Below, one piece after another: positions 25,257-38,379 of a stretch of DNA of 64,000 bases (position 1 is its first letter; the number at the start of each line of letters is the position of its first letter). The stretch comes from Chiloscyllium plagiosum. Lineage: Eukaryota. The DNA lies in NCBI RefSeq assembly GCF_004010195.1, contig NC_057710.1, positions 153,125,321-153,189,320 on the forward strand. The letters run 5' to 3'. A program made the position numbers and the translations under genes. Under the pieces are notes generated by a model, which was not told where the DNA came from, made no database searches, and saw only the letters and a list, made by a program, of their open reading frames with translations.

Positions 25257-28119
25257 CTGCAATGAAACAGAGGCAGCACATATGTTAGCAATTATCAAAC
25301 AGCATGGTAGCACATAGTGCCGAATAAAGATCTCCTTGTTTGGTTGATCATTTTAGCAGTCTGCAATTTTCAAGTTAGGTTTGTCCTTGAAAATAACAAC
25401 ATCACCTTCTAGACTAAGAAACCCCTTTCCCTTTTCTTCTTGGAAGGTGAAACGAGCACTAAATATATCATTTTGAAATGGATTGCTGACAGTGTGATCA
25501 TTTTCCCCACACTCTAGTGGCATGTGCTCTGATTTCAGCCTCATTTCAGCCTCAGCAGGACACCTTTAGCTGTGACTGCATTTATAAACCAGAATAGGGA
25601 AAAGGCCATTATAAATATGGTATAGCATTACCTATATTAATCAAAGTCTACCCTTTCATCATTTTTCTTCCCAATTTGTGTGTTTTCACACAAGGTCAGT
25701 AAATCATACCATATATTCTCAGTCCAAAAAGTGTTAACTTTAATGAACAGTACTGTAACGCGCTTACATGAGAGATAATAAAATATTACTCTATTTAGAC
25801 GTGCAGAAATTTAATTAAAATAATCTCTTAAAATATTCATTACATTTAGCCCCTGAGGCATTGAATAATACAAGAAATGCATTACCTTTCTTTTACAGAT
25901 ATTTCTAAGATCCATTCTTACACAAAGACAAGGTAATATTTTAAAACATATGATGTTTGTTTTTTTCTCCCTCATTATATTTTAGGAGGCAAAATGTCAA
26001 GCACACCTAATTTTATTCAGCAAAATACAATAAAAAGGTAACACTAATCTTTTCATCTGTTCATGTCAAATTGAAAATGTTCTGATACATAGCCTGAAGA
26101 ATTCCCTATTCCATTTACAGCCTTTTTTTAAGCTCCAAAAAAGCAATATGGGAATATTTAAAAATTATATATACACATGCCCTTCTATTCTGCATCTTAA
26201 TACAACATCGTTTCTTCCTTCATTTCAATTTATTTGGAATTTTGTACGCAAAACCACCATTTCTATGTACAGAAAGCAGACAACATTGCATTACAGATGA
26301 AAGAGTAGCAGTACCAAAGCAGTATTTCAACCACCAGGCTTTAGACATTATCTGGAGCAGGATACACAAATATACAACAGAAGGAGAAGAATTATTTCTA
26401 ATATACTACATGAGGCACCTCTGGTGTAAAACAATTCATGTAGCAGATATAATCTAAACAAGTGCAAGTATTCAACAAGAAATAGATAATTCTGTGTCAG
26501 TATTCTGTATTTCCTAGCAGTAGGTGAATTTATGTTGACAACCTCATCAATGTAATTATATCATTAAATCACATGGCGCAGCTAATTTACTAATATGTGC
26601 TTAATCCCATTGTAATGTACAAGGGTTTTTACTATCAGCTATAAGCGAATGTACCAGTTATAATCATCAAATGCATCCTTTATCCTCTCTTTATTTATGC
26701 AATATAGTCAATATTTAAGTTAAGAAAAAAAAACAAATACTGCACCAAAAATGATTGTAATCTGAAATAGCTCCATTTCTTTTTTTTTATTTAAAACTGC
26801 TTGTTCCTAAAAATGTGAACACAAGGTCTATTACTTGATTTTAGTCACATACGACAGACCGTTATGTGTTTGGCTGCGATAGCTGCAGTGCTCGAACAGG
26901 CACTTCATCATTCTGGCTTCCAACATTCATCTATTAAAATTATTATCAAATATCTACTGAGATCCAGGCGTGAATCATAGACTGCACCCAGTCTTCTGGG
27001 GAAAGATACAATGAAGGTCTATTCATCAGTGTGGCAATCGGCAGAAGTAATTAGTTCTCAAGACCTGGGTTTCTTACAAAGCTTATTTCACACTCTGCCA
27101 CAAACAACATATGATAGTGAAAAGCTAATGAAAGCCTGTAAAAATGTGTTAACCTCTCTAGCTATCAATCGTTCTGTTACTTTGTACTAAATATTTTTCA
27201 TCCAATAAATTATTAATTTCTCATCCATCCTTGACAGTTTTTGACAGAATTATGTGATGCCATTCTTCAAGATAACAACAATTAAAATCACAAAAGGAAT
27301 CTGCAGTATTCATTTATACACTATTTGTATAATTAGTTCTCCCTCAGCAAGATGCCCCACTCAAGAGTAATCTTGACAGAAAGCTCATGTTGTTCATTTG
27401 CTTCTTCATAATATGATCCTCATACTTGCTGAATAACTGCAAATTCGATAGTGCTTCACCGAAATAGAACTCAAACTGCTAGTTTTTATTTCATCACAAA
27501 AAATAAGTCATAAATATTAGCCTCTGCTTGAAAGTCAATGATGAAATGAGGTATATTATGTTCAGTGCCTGAGCCTTTTGTGTAAGACTTGGCTTTATAA
27601 ATGTATGTAATTTACCTCTGATTGATAGCAGTCATTAACTAGATATCAACTCCTGATTCAATATGCTGCACTGCAGTATCTCCCAGAAACCAGTGCTAGT
27701 TTGGACACACTGGAATTTTAAGACCTTATAAGAATACTATTCTAAAAACAAATCAATAAATTATTATGCAAAACTTGCATTTTTTTGCACATAAAACCAT
27801 GTATTTTACATTCAACATTTTGATGTATTTGCAATTGTTTTGTGATGGGTCATCTATTCATGAACATATCATGTCCATGTGTAATAGCTAGACCAGGGAA
27901 TGTACTTAAATGTTGAAAATCCTGAAATTTGAATACAAAGAAATCGGACAAGCTGTCAAGCAAATATTTATACAAATTAACAATTTACACTTATCACTGA
28001 TACTCTTAGGGAAATTATGTTGGAATCTCATTTTAACAAGACTTAAAAATAAAATTATTTTACTAGTAAAATCAACCACTTTCCAAAATGAACAAGCAAT
28101 AATTGTCTATTAAAGTCTC

Positions 28120-28455
28120 AGCTTGGCCGAGTTATACATAATCATGCCTCTGCCCTGAAAGGTTGGGTTCTCAAACTTCACTCCATAACCTGAGCTGACT
28201 CGTGGATGAGACATTGAAATGTCCACCTTTTCTGATGGTCATAAAAAATCCCAGGGGTTAAAACAGCAGATAAATTCCTCTTTCAAAGCCACACTAAATA
28301 TGATAAGTGAAAAAATTGGTCACTTACATTATTCTTGAGTCTTACTCCAGACATGATACCATCTTTCTTTACCAGCATTACAACTGCTACTTCCTAAAGT
28401 ACATAAAGCCCTTTGAGACATTTCTGAGGCACAACTAAAAGATGAAAGTGCAATT
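28120..28455 (+). mobile_element. Ancient Deu-domain SINE (SacSINE1-like)
   Basis: AGCTTGGCCGAGTT head, GGATGAGACATT, TAAAAAATCCCAGGG, CATTACAAC...AAAGTAC...AAAGCCCTTTGAGACATTTCTGAGG tail. Confidence 0.65.
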
Positions 28456-28557
28456 TTTGAATAATGCTTTCACACATCAGTCTCCCTGTTACATGATTAC
28501 ACGACCTCAAAAGCCCTAAACAGAAGTAACGAAAAGCAAAGGAAGGAAAGGCAATAA

Positions 28558-28905
28558 AACATGCACTTATATAGCACCTTTCATATCCTTGGGGCATCCC
28601 TCAACAATTTAGTCATTGAATTACTTATGATGTTATTGCTGTAATATATGCCAACACATCAGGATATTTGTTCTCATATTTAAAATAGAACAGGACTAGT
28701 TTACTGACAAGAAGAAAAAAAGGAAAAATCCCCTACTGTTCTTCAATTATCAGAAGGAATCTTTTAAGTCTGCCTTCACCTCCTCCCTCACCTGAAAATG
28801 ATAATTTAACACTCAGAACTTCACACAAATCTAAGCCTAAACTTTGTGTTCATGGTTTAGAATGGGGCATGAAACCTTCTGGTTCCAAAATAACACCACT
28901 GAGGG
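28558..28905 (-). mobile_element. Ancient Deu-domain SINE (SacSINE1-like), tail-to-tail with the previous copy
   Basis: TGCACTTATATAGCACCTTTCA (reverse tail), CCCCTACTGTTCTTCAA, GAATCTTTTAAGTC, GAATGGGGCATGAAACC. Confidence 0.65.
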
Positions 28906-31900
28906 AAGGCACACATTTCCATAACAAATAAAACTACAAGCCTTTTTTTAAAATTACTCATGTCAAGTTCCCAAATCACAGCAATATAGGCAGACATTAT
29001 TGTTTAGCAGACATTTCTTAGGCGGGTGAAAAGGCAATATTCAAAATTGATGAAACGGACAGTAGATTTTAAAGCCAATTTAATATTCAATCATAAATTA
29101 AGACAAACAAGATCATAGCTTGAGAAATAAATACCTATGTTATATTTTCTGTAGCATGAAATTTTGAAAAAATGCAACAGTTATTTTAATATTACTGCAT
29201 TCTGAGCCTCCAGCAAAGTTAACTATATCACAAGCATTTTTGGTATGAACATAAGCATATCTAATGCACAATTACTACCACTACAACTGCTGATATTAAG
29301 GCCCTCACAATCACAGATTTCAAATTTGTGCACCTGCTTCATGGCTTGTAAATATTACCATTATCAAGAATAACTATGGAAGAAAATTCTTAATAGCTGA
29401 TTATGCAAATATGTTATGCCTGTTTGCTGAAGCCAAACACAAAAATGATTTTTAAAAAACTCTAAAGTGGGGACTCTCCTATACTCTCAATTACGCCAAT
29501 ATAAAGTAACTCTCAAATTCAACAGTACCACTCATGCAGAAGTTATTTTCATATTTTATAGCTTATACGTCTTTCATTGAGATGTATTTGTTATAATTAT
29601 TTTTAAAGTAGAAAATAATGGAACACCTCAAGTCAGTTAGTATTTGAGGAGACAGCAAAAGAGTTAACATTTCATATATAAAGCCTTCATCTGAATATTT
29701 TTTAAAACTTGCCTTTAAATCATTCATTGCTACAGAAAATAAAAATGGAATATTTCAGTTGGATGGATTTGTCATTAGCATCAATCAGCAATGTTTTCAT
29801 TAATGGAATACAATAGGTGTGAATAATGGCAATTAAATCTGCAACTTATGCAAGAAAATTAGGGTAGAGCCACCAATGATACGAGACATCACAACATAAC
29901 ACAAGGAATTTACAATTAAATGACCAGGAAGGTTGGACAACAGAAATTATTTCAAAAACAATTATTATTCACCTTTAATGATTTAGCAACAGTGATATCA
30001 CATAATTAACAATACTTTCTCAAACTAGGACATCCTAGGAGTACACTATTAATTCATTTCTTTACGCAGTTTTATCTTGCCAGGTTTTCAGCACAAATAA
30101 TGTGCTTAATTATTTTGAATTTCACTTTGACACACAAATCTGAACATTGACTTATTAATATTGAAAAAGATAATTGTAAAAATACTATATACAATCAGGC
30201 AAAGTATAAAAAATCTGTGAATCATTAAAAAGTATTTGAAATAGAGGATTCCATTTCACTCAACATTTCAAGCAATAATGTATTTGCTGGTTGTGCATAT
30301 ACCTTCAAACCAAATGGATTAGTAACTTCATTTTTTTTTTGGTTGTACTTAGGCTTTACTTGCTTTATGTGCACGATGAAACAGATCCATGTAAATAATT
30401 AATGCTTGGAATAACAAAATAGTCAGAACAGCTTCATCACATAAAAATATAGCACAAATCTCTTACTCATGAGCAGCACATTCCTGTACATTGCTCCTCC
30501 TAAAACCCAAGTAAATTTATATATATGCCACTTCAATGGCAATTCCTATAACACCACATGAGAAAAGGTTTTAATATATATCTACAGGAAGACTCAGAGT
30601 ACTAAAATTGCTGCACTTAACTGTTCATGCGAAGAGACTCACTGAGCTCCTAATGTAAAAATGTTTAAATTGCTTACAAACTTTAATGGTTCAAATTCTG
30701 TTAAAATAATTGTGAGGCGAACACTGTTAACACAAAACATGAAGCAAACTGGGCAGTAATTCTAGTACCCACACATACACATTTTAATCTGGAAATCTGG
30801 AACTTGTACTGCCCATAATCCTTGTTGATAGTTTCAGCACTGAATTTCATGCAATGATGTGAACTCAGGGTCTTGCCCACAAATCACCCACTAAAGATGC
30901 GATAAAAAGTTAGGCTGGTGCATTCAGCAATGAATTTTTAAACTGCTGCATGAGTGACAGTTCCTGCCAAAAATATGACTGTACAAATAGGGATCTGAAT
31001 TCTTTAAAAAAATTAATGAGCTATCCAGACCAACAAAATGGTGGGAAATTTGAAATTTGGTTTGGATAAGAAGATGGTGCCCTGATATAATGAGCAGCCA
31101 AGCAGGGATGGCACAGTTTAGTTTTGCTGCACCAACTCTGGGGGGGCCGCAATGGTTTGATCCTGGAATTTTGAGGTAGATGGAGACCATCATAGACATC
31201 AAGGGGGAATTGAAAGCTCAGTGGGATGAGGTCATAGGGAGATCATGGAGGCATGAGGGGGAGGGGGCTGCATGGGTGCAGAGGGGACAGAGAGAGAGAG
31301 ATGGTGGTTGCAGAAAGGTCAAAGAGTTGTGGGGAGGAGAAAATCACATGGAAAGATCATGGGGTAGCTGGAGATTGTTATAGTGTTTGATTGTGGTCTT
31401 GAGATGGAGTGGACTGGATCCAGCTAGGTATACTGGATCCATTGGGTAGGTACAATGACATTAATCCAGCCGCCCCTCATCTCAGTTTACTATCTGATTA
31501 AGCAAGATTGTTTCCTTATGCTCCTGCTACTAAAACTGCAAGTCAATTCCATTCTGGTTGGAGCGCTTAAACAATATTGCGCATATCTGAATGAGAATTG
31601 TTCAATTTGATTTGTTCAACAATCTCCGTATTCCTTACCCCACTCCCACGAGCCACAGATCCCATTTCTAACTAAAGCAAACTGAAAGAGAATTTATATT
31701 TTTAGTAGATGGAAAACTTAAATTTTCTGATTTGATGTAGCCATAGAGTAAGTCAGAGAAAATAGCTGAAATCAATTCTGGTGATCGAAAATAACAGATA
31801 GTGAAATCATGATGCATGAAAATTAGATAATGTGAAATGCCAGATTTGTTGAAGTTGTCAGCCATTCCAGCCAGCAGAATAGGTAGCCTAATAGAAGGAT

Positions 31901-32528
31901 TCCATTGTTGGTATGTTCGAATCAGAGGTTCAGGTATAGTTTCAATCATTTATTGCAACTATCCAAACTGTATACGTCACTTGTTCTGATTCATATCGAC
32001 CATGACTCTTACCCATGCAGGGCCATTCCTGTGGCTCCAACACAAAGTTTTTGCCCTGAATTAAGCAGTCTCTCTTGCTTAGCAGAGTCTTAGATCTAGC
32101 ATTGTTGCTCCTGGTGTCATTTCCCAAGTCCAGGAAGATCAGATTTTACCTGGTGCAGCAACTTCTCCCTATTACCAATTCTGCTGTAGTTGCATGAAGG
32201 GTTGTCTTATAATCAAATCAGAACTGGGACAGTTGGTATCTAGAAAAGCTGTAGAATGTCTTAGAAAGCCTACCTTCAAAGTTTGAACTGCTCTTTCTGC
32301 CTGTCCTTATATTTTGAATACCATTCGACTTCAGAAAATACTCAAATTCCCAGCTGGTAAACAATGGCCTGTTTTCTGTGACAAACACTACTGGAAATCT
32401 GTGTATGGCAAAAGATGTGCACAGTTTTTCTATCATCGCCCCTGTTTTGAACACTCTGCACATCCAGCCACTTTGAGTGAGCATCAACAGTGACTAAGAA
32501 CATTGAGGCCATGAAAGGACCTGCACAG

Positions 32529-32725
32529 CTGAAAATGTGTTGCTGGAAAAGCGCAGGAGGTCAGGCACCATCCAAGGAGCAGGAGAATCGACGATCATTC
32601 CTGAAGAAGGGCTCATGCCTGAAACGTTGATTCTCCTGCCCTTGGATGCTGCCTGACCTGCTGCGCATTTCCAGCAACACATTTTCAGCTCTGATCTCCA
32701 GCATCTGCAGTCCTCACTTTCTCCT
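32529..32725. mobile_element. PLE-derived foldback element with intact hammerhead core (32601-32628)
   Basis: ~65 bp inverted arms, right-side tail, 15 bp TSD AAAGGACCTGCACAG (32514-32528, 32726-32740). Confidence 0.92.
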
Positions 32726-32751
32726 AAAGGACCTGCACAGTCAACGTGTAA

Positions 32752-32906
32752 GAAAGAGTTGGATAGAGCTCTTAAGGATAGTGGAATCAAGGGTTATGGG
32801 GAAAAGGCAGGAACAGGATACTGATGAGGATCATCAGCCATGATCATAATGATTGGTGGTACTGGCTCAAAGGGCAGAATAGCCTACTCCTGCATCTATT
32901 GTCTAT
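32752..32906 (+). mobile_element. 5'-truncated CR1 3' end
   Basis: KKELDRALKDSGIKGYGEKAG and CR1 3' UTR; flanked by TGTAA repeats. Confidence 0.85.
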
Positions 32907-33147
32907 TGTAATCGAGTTCAGGGTTTACTCAGCTTTTCCCATGAATGTGGAGAAGCTGCTTGTTATCCATGTTGGCACTCTGGGCACTGCCCCACCAACA
33001 CGGCGATGTCTGCATCCAATTCTGGCCAGCATGCACAACTTCTTGCAATATGTTCATTTTGAAAACCCCTGGATGACTCTGGTGGACTTCAGCCAGTATC
33101 AGACAGCAACCTTTGCTCAGGACAATCACTTTTACTCACCATAAGAA

Positions 33148-33268
33148 GAGATAAAAACAATGACTGCAGATGCTGAAAACCAGATTCCAGAATAGAGCGG
33201 TGCTGGAAAAGCACAGCAGTTCAGACAGCATCAGAGGAGCAAGAAAATCGACGTTTCAAGCAAAAGCC
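33148..33268 (-). mobile_element. PLE 3' fragment
   Basis: Same subfamily as 1-225 and 15227-15308; breaks off inside hammerhead stem II. Confidence 0.85.
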
Positions 33269-34679
33269 CACAAGATGCCATTCTCTATGTGATCTGGTCT
33301 CTCCAAGTTCAAAAAGCTTTCAGTTCTTGTTCCAACAGCCCTTGGGTTTCATCCATCACCACCAGCTGTTGCAGTTTTGCCAGGACCAGACCTTTCTGTG
33401 TCCTCAGTATGACATTATCAGCTATGATTGGAAGTATGTCCAGAAAATTTAAAACCATTACAGACTCTTACAGTGGCAGTACCACCTGTGTTGTATCTGC
33501 CAATAGGAAGCACCTCAATGCATTCACATTTGCTGCTTGGCTTCCCAAATGGTGTTCAACTTGCAATCATATGCATTTAGTTATCAGAGTGCACCACTAA
33601 ATTCAGCCTAAAGGTACGGGTGGCACTGCCTTGCCCTCTTTCAATAAGGGTTTGTGGTCCATTATTATTACAAATTTACATCCATAAAGATATTGGTGGA
33701 ACTTTCTGGCTCCAAATATGACCATTGAATCTCCTTTCTCTATTTGGGCATATTTCAGCTCTGCATTTTCCAAGTCCTGGATGCATACTCTACTGGACAT
33801 TCCTCTCCATTAGGCCATTTACGAGCTAATACTACCCCAATGGTGAACAGTGAGGCATCGAACATTAATACCAGATCTCATTTGGGATCCTAATGTGCCA
33901 ACACTTTAGAAGAAGATACCTGTTCTTCCACATCCCTGAAAGTTATGGCTTGGTTACATGACCATTTCCAGAGTTTTTTAAGAGTTGATGTAAAGGTGCC
34001 CAGATGGGGGCCAGGTTATGTATGAACTTTCCAGAATAATTCACCAGCCCAAGGAAAGACCGAAACTCCGGTACAGATATGGAAGCTGAGGCAACTTTGA
34101 TCATCTTCACTTTATCTTCCAACGAGTGTAACCTGATCTTGTCAACTCTGTGGTCCAAGTCAGTCACGTTGGGGCCCCTCAAAGACATGTTTGTCTGCCT
34201 GGAAGATACGTCTAAGGACCATGTTCAAGTTGTCTAAGTGCTCTTTATTTGTCTTCCCTGTTATTAGCGTCATCTGGATAAATGGTGATCTGGGCTAAAT
34301 CGTCTGCTGAAAAATTATACAGGCTGCCAAAACTCAAACTGGCAGTCTCATACATTGATACAAACCCTTATGGGCATTAATTATAACATACTTCTGGGAA
34401 TCCTCATCTAACAGCAATTGTAAGTGCGCATGACTCAAGTCCAGCTTCACAAAGGACTATCCTTCAGCCAGCTTTGCATATAAATCCTCTATGCGAGAGA
34501 TTGGTTATTACTCAGCTGTGAAAGTGGTTTACTGTCTGTTTAAAATTCCCACAAAGGTAAACCAACCCATCTGGCTTCATAATCGGTACGACCGGTGCTG
34601 CCCATTCCACAAAGTGGACCAGTTTGATCATTTCTTAGCTTTCAATCTTACAATTTCTGCCTCTCCTTTTGCCAGTCAC

Positions 34680-34804
34680 TTTGCCTAATGAAGCAGCAAC
34701 GCTCTGAAAACTTGAGATTTCAAATAAACCTGCTGGACTATGACCTGGTGTCATGTGTCGATTGACATTGTCCACACCAATCCAATACTGGCACCTGCAC
34801 ATCT
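34680..34804 (+). mobile_element. PLE 3' end, third family, degenerate hammerhead
   Basis: CTAATGAAGCAGCAACGCTCTGAAAACTT...AATAAACCTGCTGGACTATGACCTGGTGT; homologous to 46159-46356. Confidence 0.7.
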
Positions 34805-35447
34805 TTGTCCATAAGGTAAAGGGCACTGGGCAGTCATTGTAGAATCCTGGAAGTGCTTCCCAGTCAACATGCAAGATGGCCATGACTCCTTTGTTAGTTC
34901 CTACACCTTCCTGGAAAACATCCAGATATTTAATTAGGACTTCACTCAGGCCATTTTCTCAACAAAAATGTTGAGCGATTATAGGTGAATCTCTGTCAAC
35001 CAATTTTGCTCCATCAAGCTTGGGCCTGAGCCTTTTACTACAATCAGTGATAACTGAATCAGTTGCTTCTCATAAGACACCAGAACTTAAATCATGTTCT
35101 TAATCTGCTCATGTCGATATTGGCAACCACAATGGCTTGCTATCCCGGATCCTGAAGAAACTTTTAACCATTTGGCCAAGAATTAGCCTTCTTTTGGGAC
35201 TTTACTGTGGGCTGACCGAGAGTCCCTCTGTTCAGGATAGTCATTAGTGAGGCTATGCAATTGCTTTTACTCAAGTGGTGTTCCCCAAGCTCAGTCAGAC
35301 TGGCAAGTGTGTCCACTTGCATCAGAATATCCTGTGACTCAGATTCCACGTGCCGCATTTTCCAATGATAAAGTCAGTTGTAGTGCCTATTTGGTTCAGT
35401 TGGGCTTCAACTAGTAGGTGCTTTTGCATGGTTGCATCATTAATCCC

Positions 35448-35620
35448 TCCTCCCTACCTTTTATCTTAGCCTGCTGGACAAACTTTCCACATTCCTGAAG
35501 AAGGGCTTATGCCCGAAACGTCGATTCTCCTGTTCCCTGGATGCTGCCTGACCTGCTGCGCTTTTCCAGCAACACATTTTCAGCTCTGATCTCCAGCATC
35601 TGCAGTCCTCACTTTCTCCT
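35448..35620 (+). mobile_element. Young non-inverted PLE 3' end with intact hammerhead core (35495-35522)
   Basis: CTGAAGAAGGGCTTATGCCCGAAACGTC; near-identical to the 2375 element; TSD TCATTAATCCC (35437-35447, 35620-35630). Confidence 0.92.
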
Positions 35621-36139
35621 CATTAATCCCAAATACCAAACAAGCAGTCTCTCAGCATCACATTAAGGGTTAAACCAAAGTCACAATGCTCTGCCAGTCA
35701 AACCATCTGCTATCTTAACCTAGTCAAAGGTCCTAATACGGAATCCTCTGGTTCTCGACTTTCCAAATAAAAACAATAGTCTCTCAGAATTAGAGGCGGC
35801 TTAGGGTTGTAATATTCCTTGACTAAATCCATCAACTCTTGAAAGGTTTTACCATTTAAGGCCTTAGAGGACGTTAAGCTCCAAATAACCGAAAAAGCTG
35901 CAGGTCAACAAGCTGTCAGGAGAATTATTTATTGCTTTTCATCTACCCAGAAAAAAGTAATGCACTTTTTCCACATACCGGGCTCAGTCTTTGACAGCAG
36001 GATATAATGAGCCAAGCTTCCCAAATAACAGCATGATGCCAGAAATGCTTACCCCCAACTCAAAGACAACTGTTGCGAATGAATGTTTTCATAGCATGCT
36101 TTGCTTTCTTCATCACTGAAATAATTCCACAGAAGTTCA

Positions 36140-36569
36140 TCAGAAAGATGTTGTGAAACTTGAAAGGGTTCAGAAAAGGTTTACAAGGATATTGCCAGGG
36201 TTGGAGGCTATGATCTATAGGGAAAGGCTGAACAGGTTGGGGCTGTTTTCTCTGGAGTATCAGAGGCTGAGGGGTGACCTTATAGAGGTTTACAAAATTA
36301 TGAGGGGCATGGATAGGGTAATAGACAAAGTCTTTTCCCTGGGGTGGGGGAATCCAGAACTAGACGGCATAGGTTTAGGGTGAGAGGGGAAAAGATATAA
36401 AAAAACCTAAGGGGCAACTTCTTCCACACAGAGGAATGAGCTGCCAGAGGAAATGGTGGAGGCTGGTACAATTGCAATATTCAAAAGGCATTTGGATGGG
36501 TATATGAATAGGAAGGATTTGGAGGGATATGGGCCGGGTGCTAGCAGGTGGGACTAGATTGGGTTGGGA
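36140..36569 (+). mobile_element. CR1/HER1 LINE ORF2 C-terminus
   Basis: KLERVQKRFTRILPGL...LGLFSLEYQRLRGDLIEVYKIMRGMDRV. Confidence 0.93.
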
Positions 36570-36888
36570 GATTGATTAGATTAGCTTACTTACAGTGTGG
36601 AAACAGGCTCTTCAGCCCAACAAGTCCACACCGACCCGCCGAAGCTCAACCCACCCAGACCCATTACCCTACATTTACCCCTTCACCTAACTTAGCAATT
36701 TAGCAGGTCGATTAACCTAACCTGCACATTTATGGACTGTGGGAGGAAACCGGAGCACCCTAGGAAACCCATGCAGACACAGGGAGAATGTGTAAACTCC
36801 ACACAGACAGTCACCTGAGGCGGGAATTGAACCCGGATCTCTGGTGCTGTGAGGCAGCAGTGCTAACCACTGTGCCACCGTGCTGCCC
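36570..36888 (-). mobile_element. HE1 (V-SINE) retroposon
   Basis: Reverse complement of the HE1 pattern with (GATTA)n at the left. Confidence 0.93.
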
Positions 36889-37872
36889 ATATATGGGTGG
36901 GTATGACTACAGTTTCCATGCTGTATATCTTTATGACTCTAAGTCAACCTTTATTTACATGTGGATACTTATAGGAGGATATCTGGAATGATGTTCTCCT
37001 TCTACCAAGATGTGATTTGTATTTTCTCAACATTATCCTAGCATACTCGGGATCGTATGTCTGAAGGGACCTAACTGACACTGCTTTCATGTTATCCAAA
37101 TATTCTAGGAGTGAGAGTATGCGATGGGTGAACTGGTTTGAACTACAACTCAAGCTCACTTTGACTGTCTTCCTTAGCATCAAGATAGATTTTTTCTCAT
37201 CACTGAATGTCTACCAGCTCAACCTGTCACAGTTATAAAGGTCACTTTGGTTTGAGTGCATTACTGAATTTTTTTAACCAGCATTGTGTATGCCAATGTC
37301 AGAACAATATGTGGGAGAGGGTGATGTGGTACTGGGCTGTATTAATGTAAGCTACCTGAGTTTGTTTCATGTGGGTTGGTATTGCTTCCATGGGACAGTC
37401 GGCCATGATTTTAAATCTGCATTTTTCATCGATTGGATGATGGCAAATAATTGTGGAAATGTCGGTAGTAACTCTCCAATTTGATCACAAACATTTTTCC
37501 CTGTACCATGACAACATCTAGGAGTGATCTGTGGTATCAAACACTATACCCTTCCTGAATGACCCTGACACTTTCTAACCAACAGACCTCTCTAGATGGG
37601 ATGGAGGCAGTGAGCAATAGTACAGCTAATGCCAATAGTACAGTCAATATTAGGCAAATACACACACATAAATCTCAAATTGGATAATGCTAGACCCCAC
37701 TTTTCTCAGGAAGCTAGTATTGGAGATTCAAGAGAGAAACTCATCTTAGTTCACCTGACTCAAAATACCCCATGTATGTTCCAGGATCCAAAAGTACGAG
37801 AAACAATTTCAAGCAACCCTCCCAAAAGCAAGATGCCCTTTCCATCTAAGATCTTGAAGTGGATGTAAAACA

Positions 37873-38110
37873 GTTGCTCAGTGGCTAGCATGCTTCTTCA
37901 CAGTGCCAGGAACCCAAGTTTGATTCCAGTCTTGGGTTACTGCCTCTATGGAGTTTGCACGTTCTCCCTGTGTCTACGTGGGTTTCCACTGGGTGCTCCA
38001 GTTTCCTACCATAAGGGCTTGTTTTGGAGCGGATGCTATTCAGAGGGTCAGTGCAGTCTCAATGAGCAAAAGGGCCTCTTTCTGCACTGTAGGGATTCTA
38101 CTTTTCTATG
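37873..38110 (+). mobile_element. Degenerate HE1 SINE with internal deletion
   Basis: GCTCAGTGG head, V-domain, GGGCCT..CACTGTAGGGATTCTA end. Confidence 0.85.
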
Positions 38111-38379
38111 ATTCGACTTGACTTTCCAAGACCATTGCCAGGTTGAGTCAGATCTCAGTTGATCTGGAGCTGTTCACTCTGGGCCTTTTGTTATTCCTGT
38201 GAAATCTTCTTCAGGTGGGAGCTTGTGTGTACGCAATTTACTCCTGTAGATGAACCATTCCCAAAAATTACCTTTTGGCATCTTATAAATCCAGACTTGG
38301 AAAGGTATAGTGATGTCTCCTGTCTCTTAATATGGTTCACTATGACTTGACATAATTGGTCGCCTCCTATTCATGATAT

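Larger units (their letters stand above)
32130..36110 (-). mobile_element. Decayed Ty3/Gypsy LTR retrotransposon internal region (gag-RT-RNaseH-IN) with nested insertions
   Basis: EFRSFLGLVNYSGKFI (RT), YAQIEK..FGARKFHQYLYG..DHKPLL (RNase H), EVHQSHPG and LHVDCAGP..ENRPLFTSWEF..KSNGIQ (integrase); Gypsy domain order; many stops and frameshifts; no LTR seen. Confidence 0.9.

Noticed and set aside
25353-25544. ORF containing SLEGD near the exon
   Set aside because: Lies upstream of the exon and lacks the rest of the expected sequence; chance match
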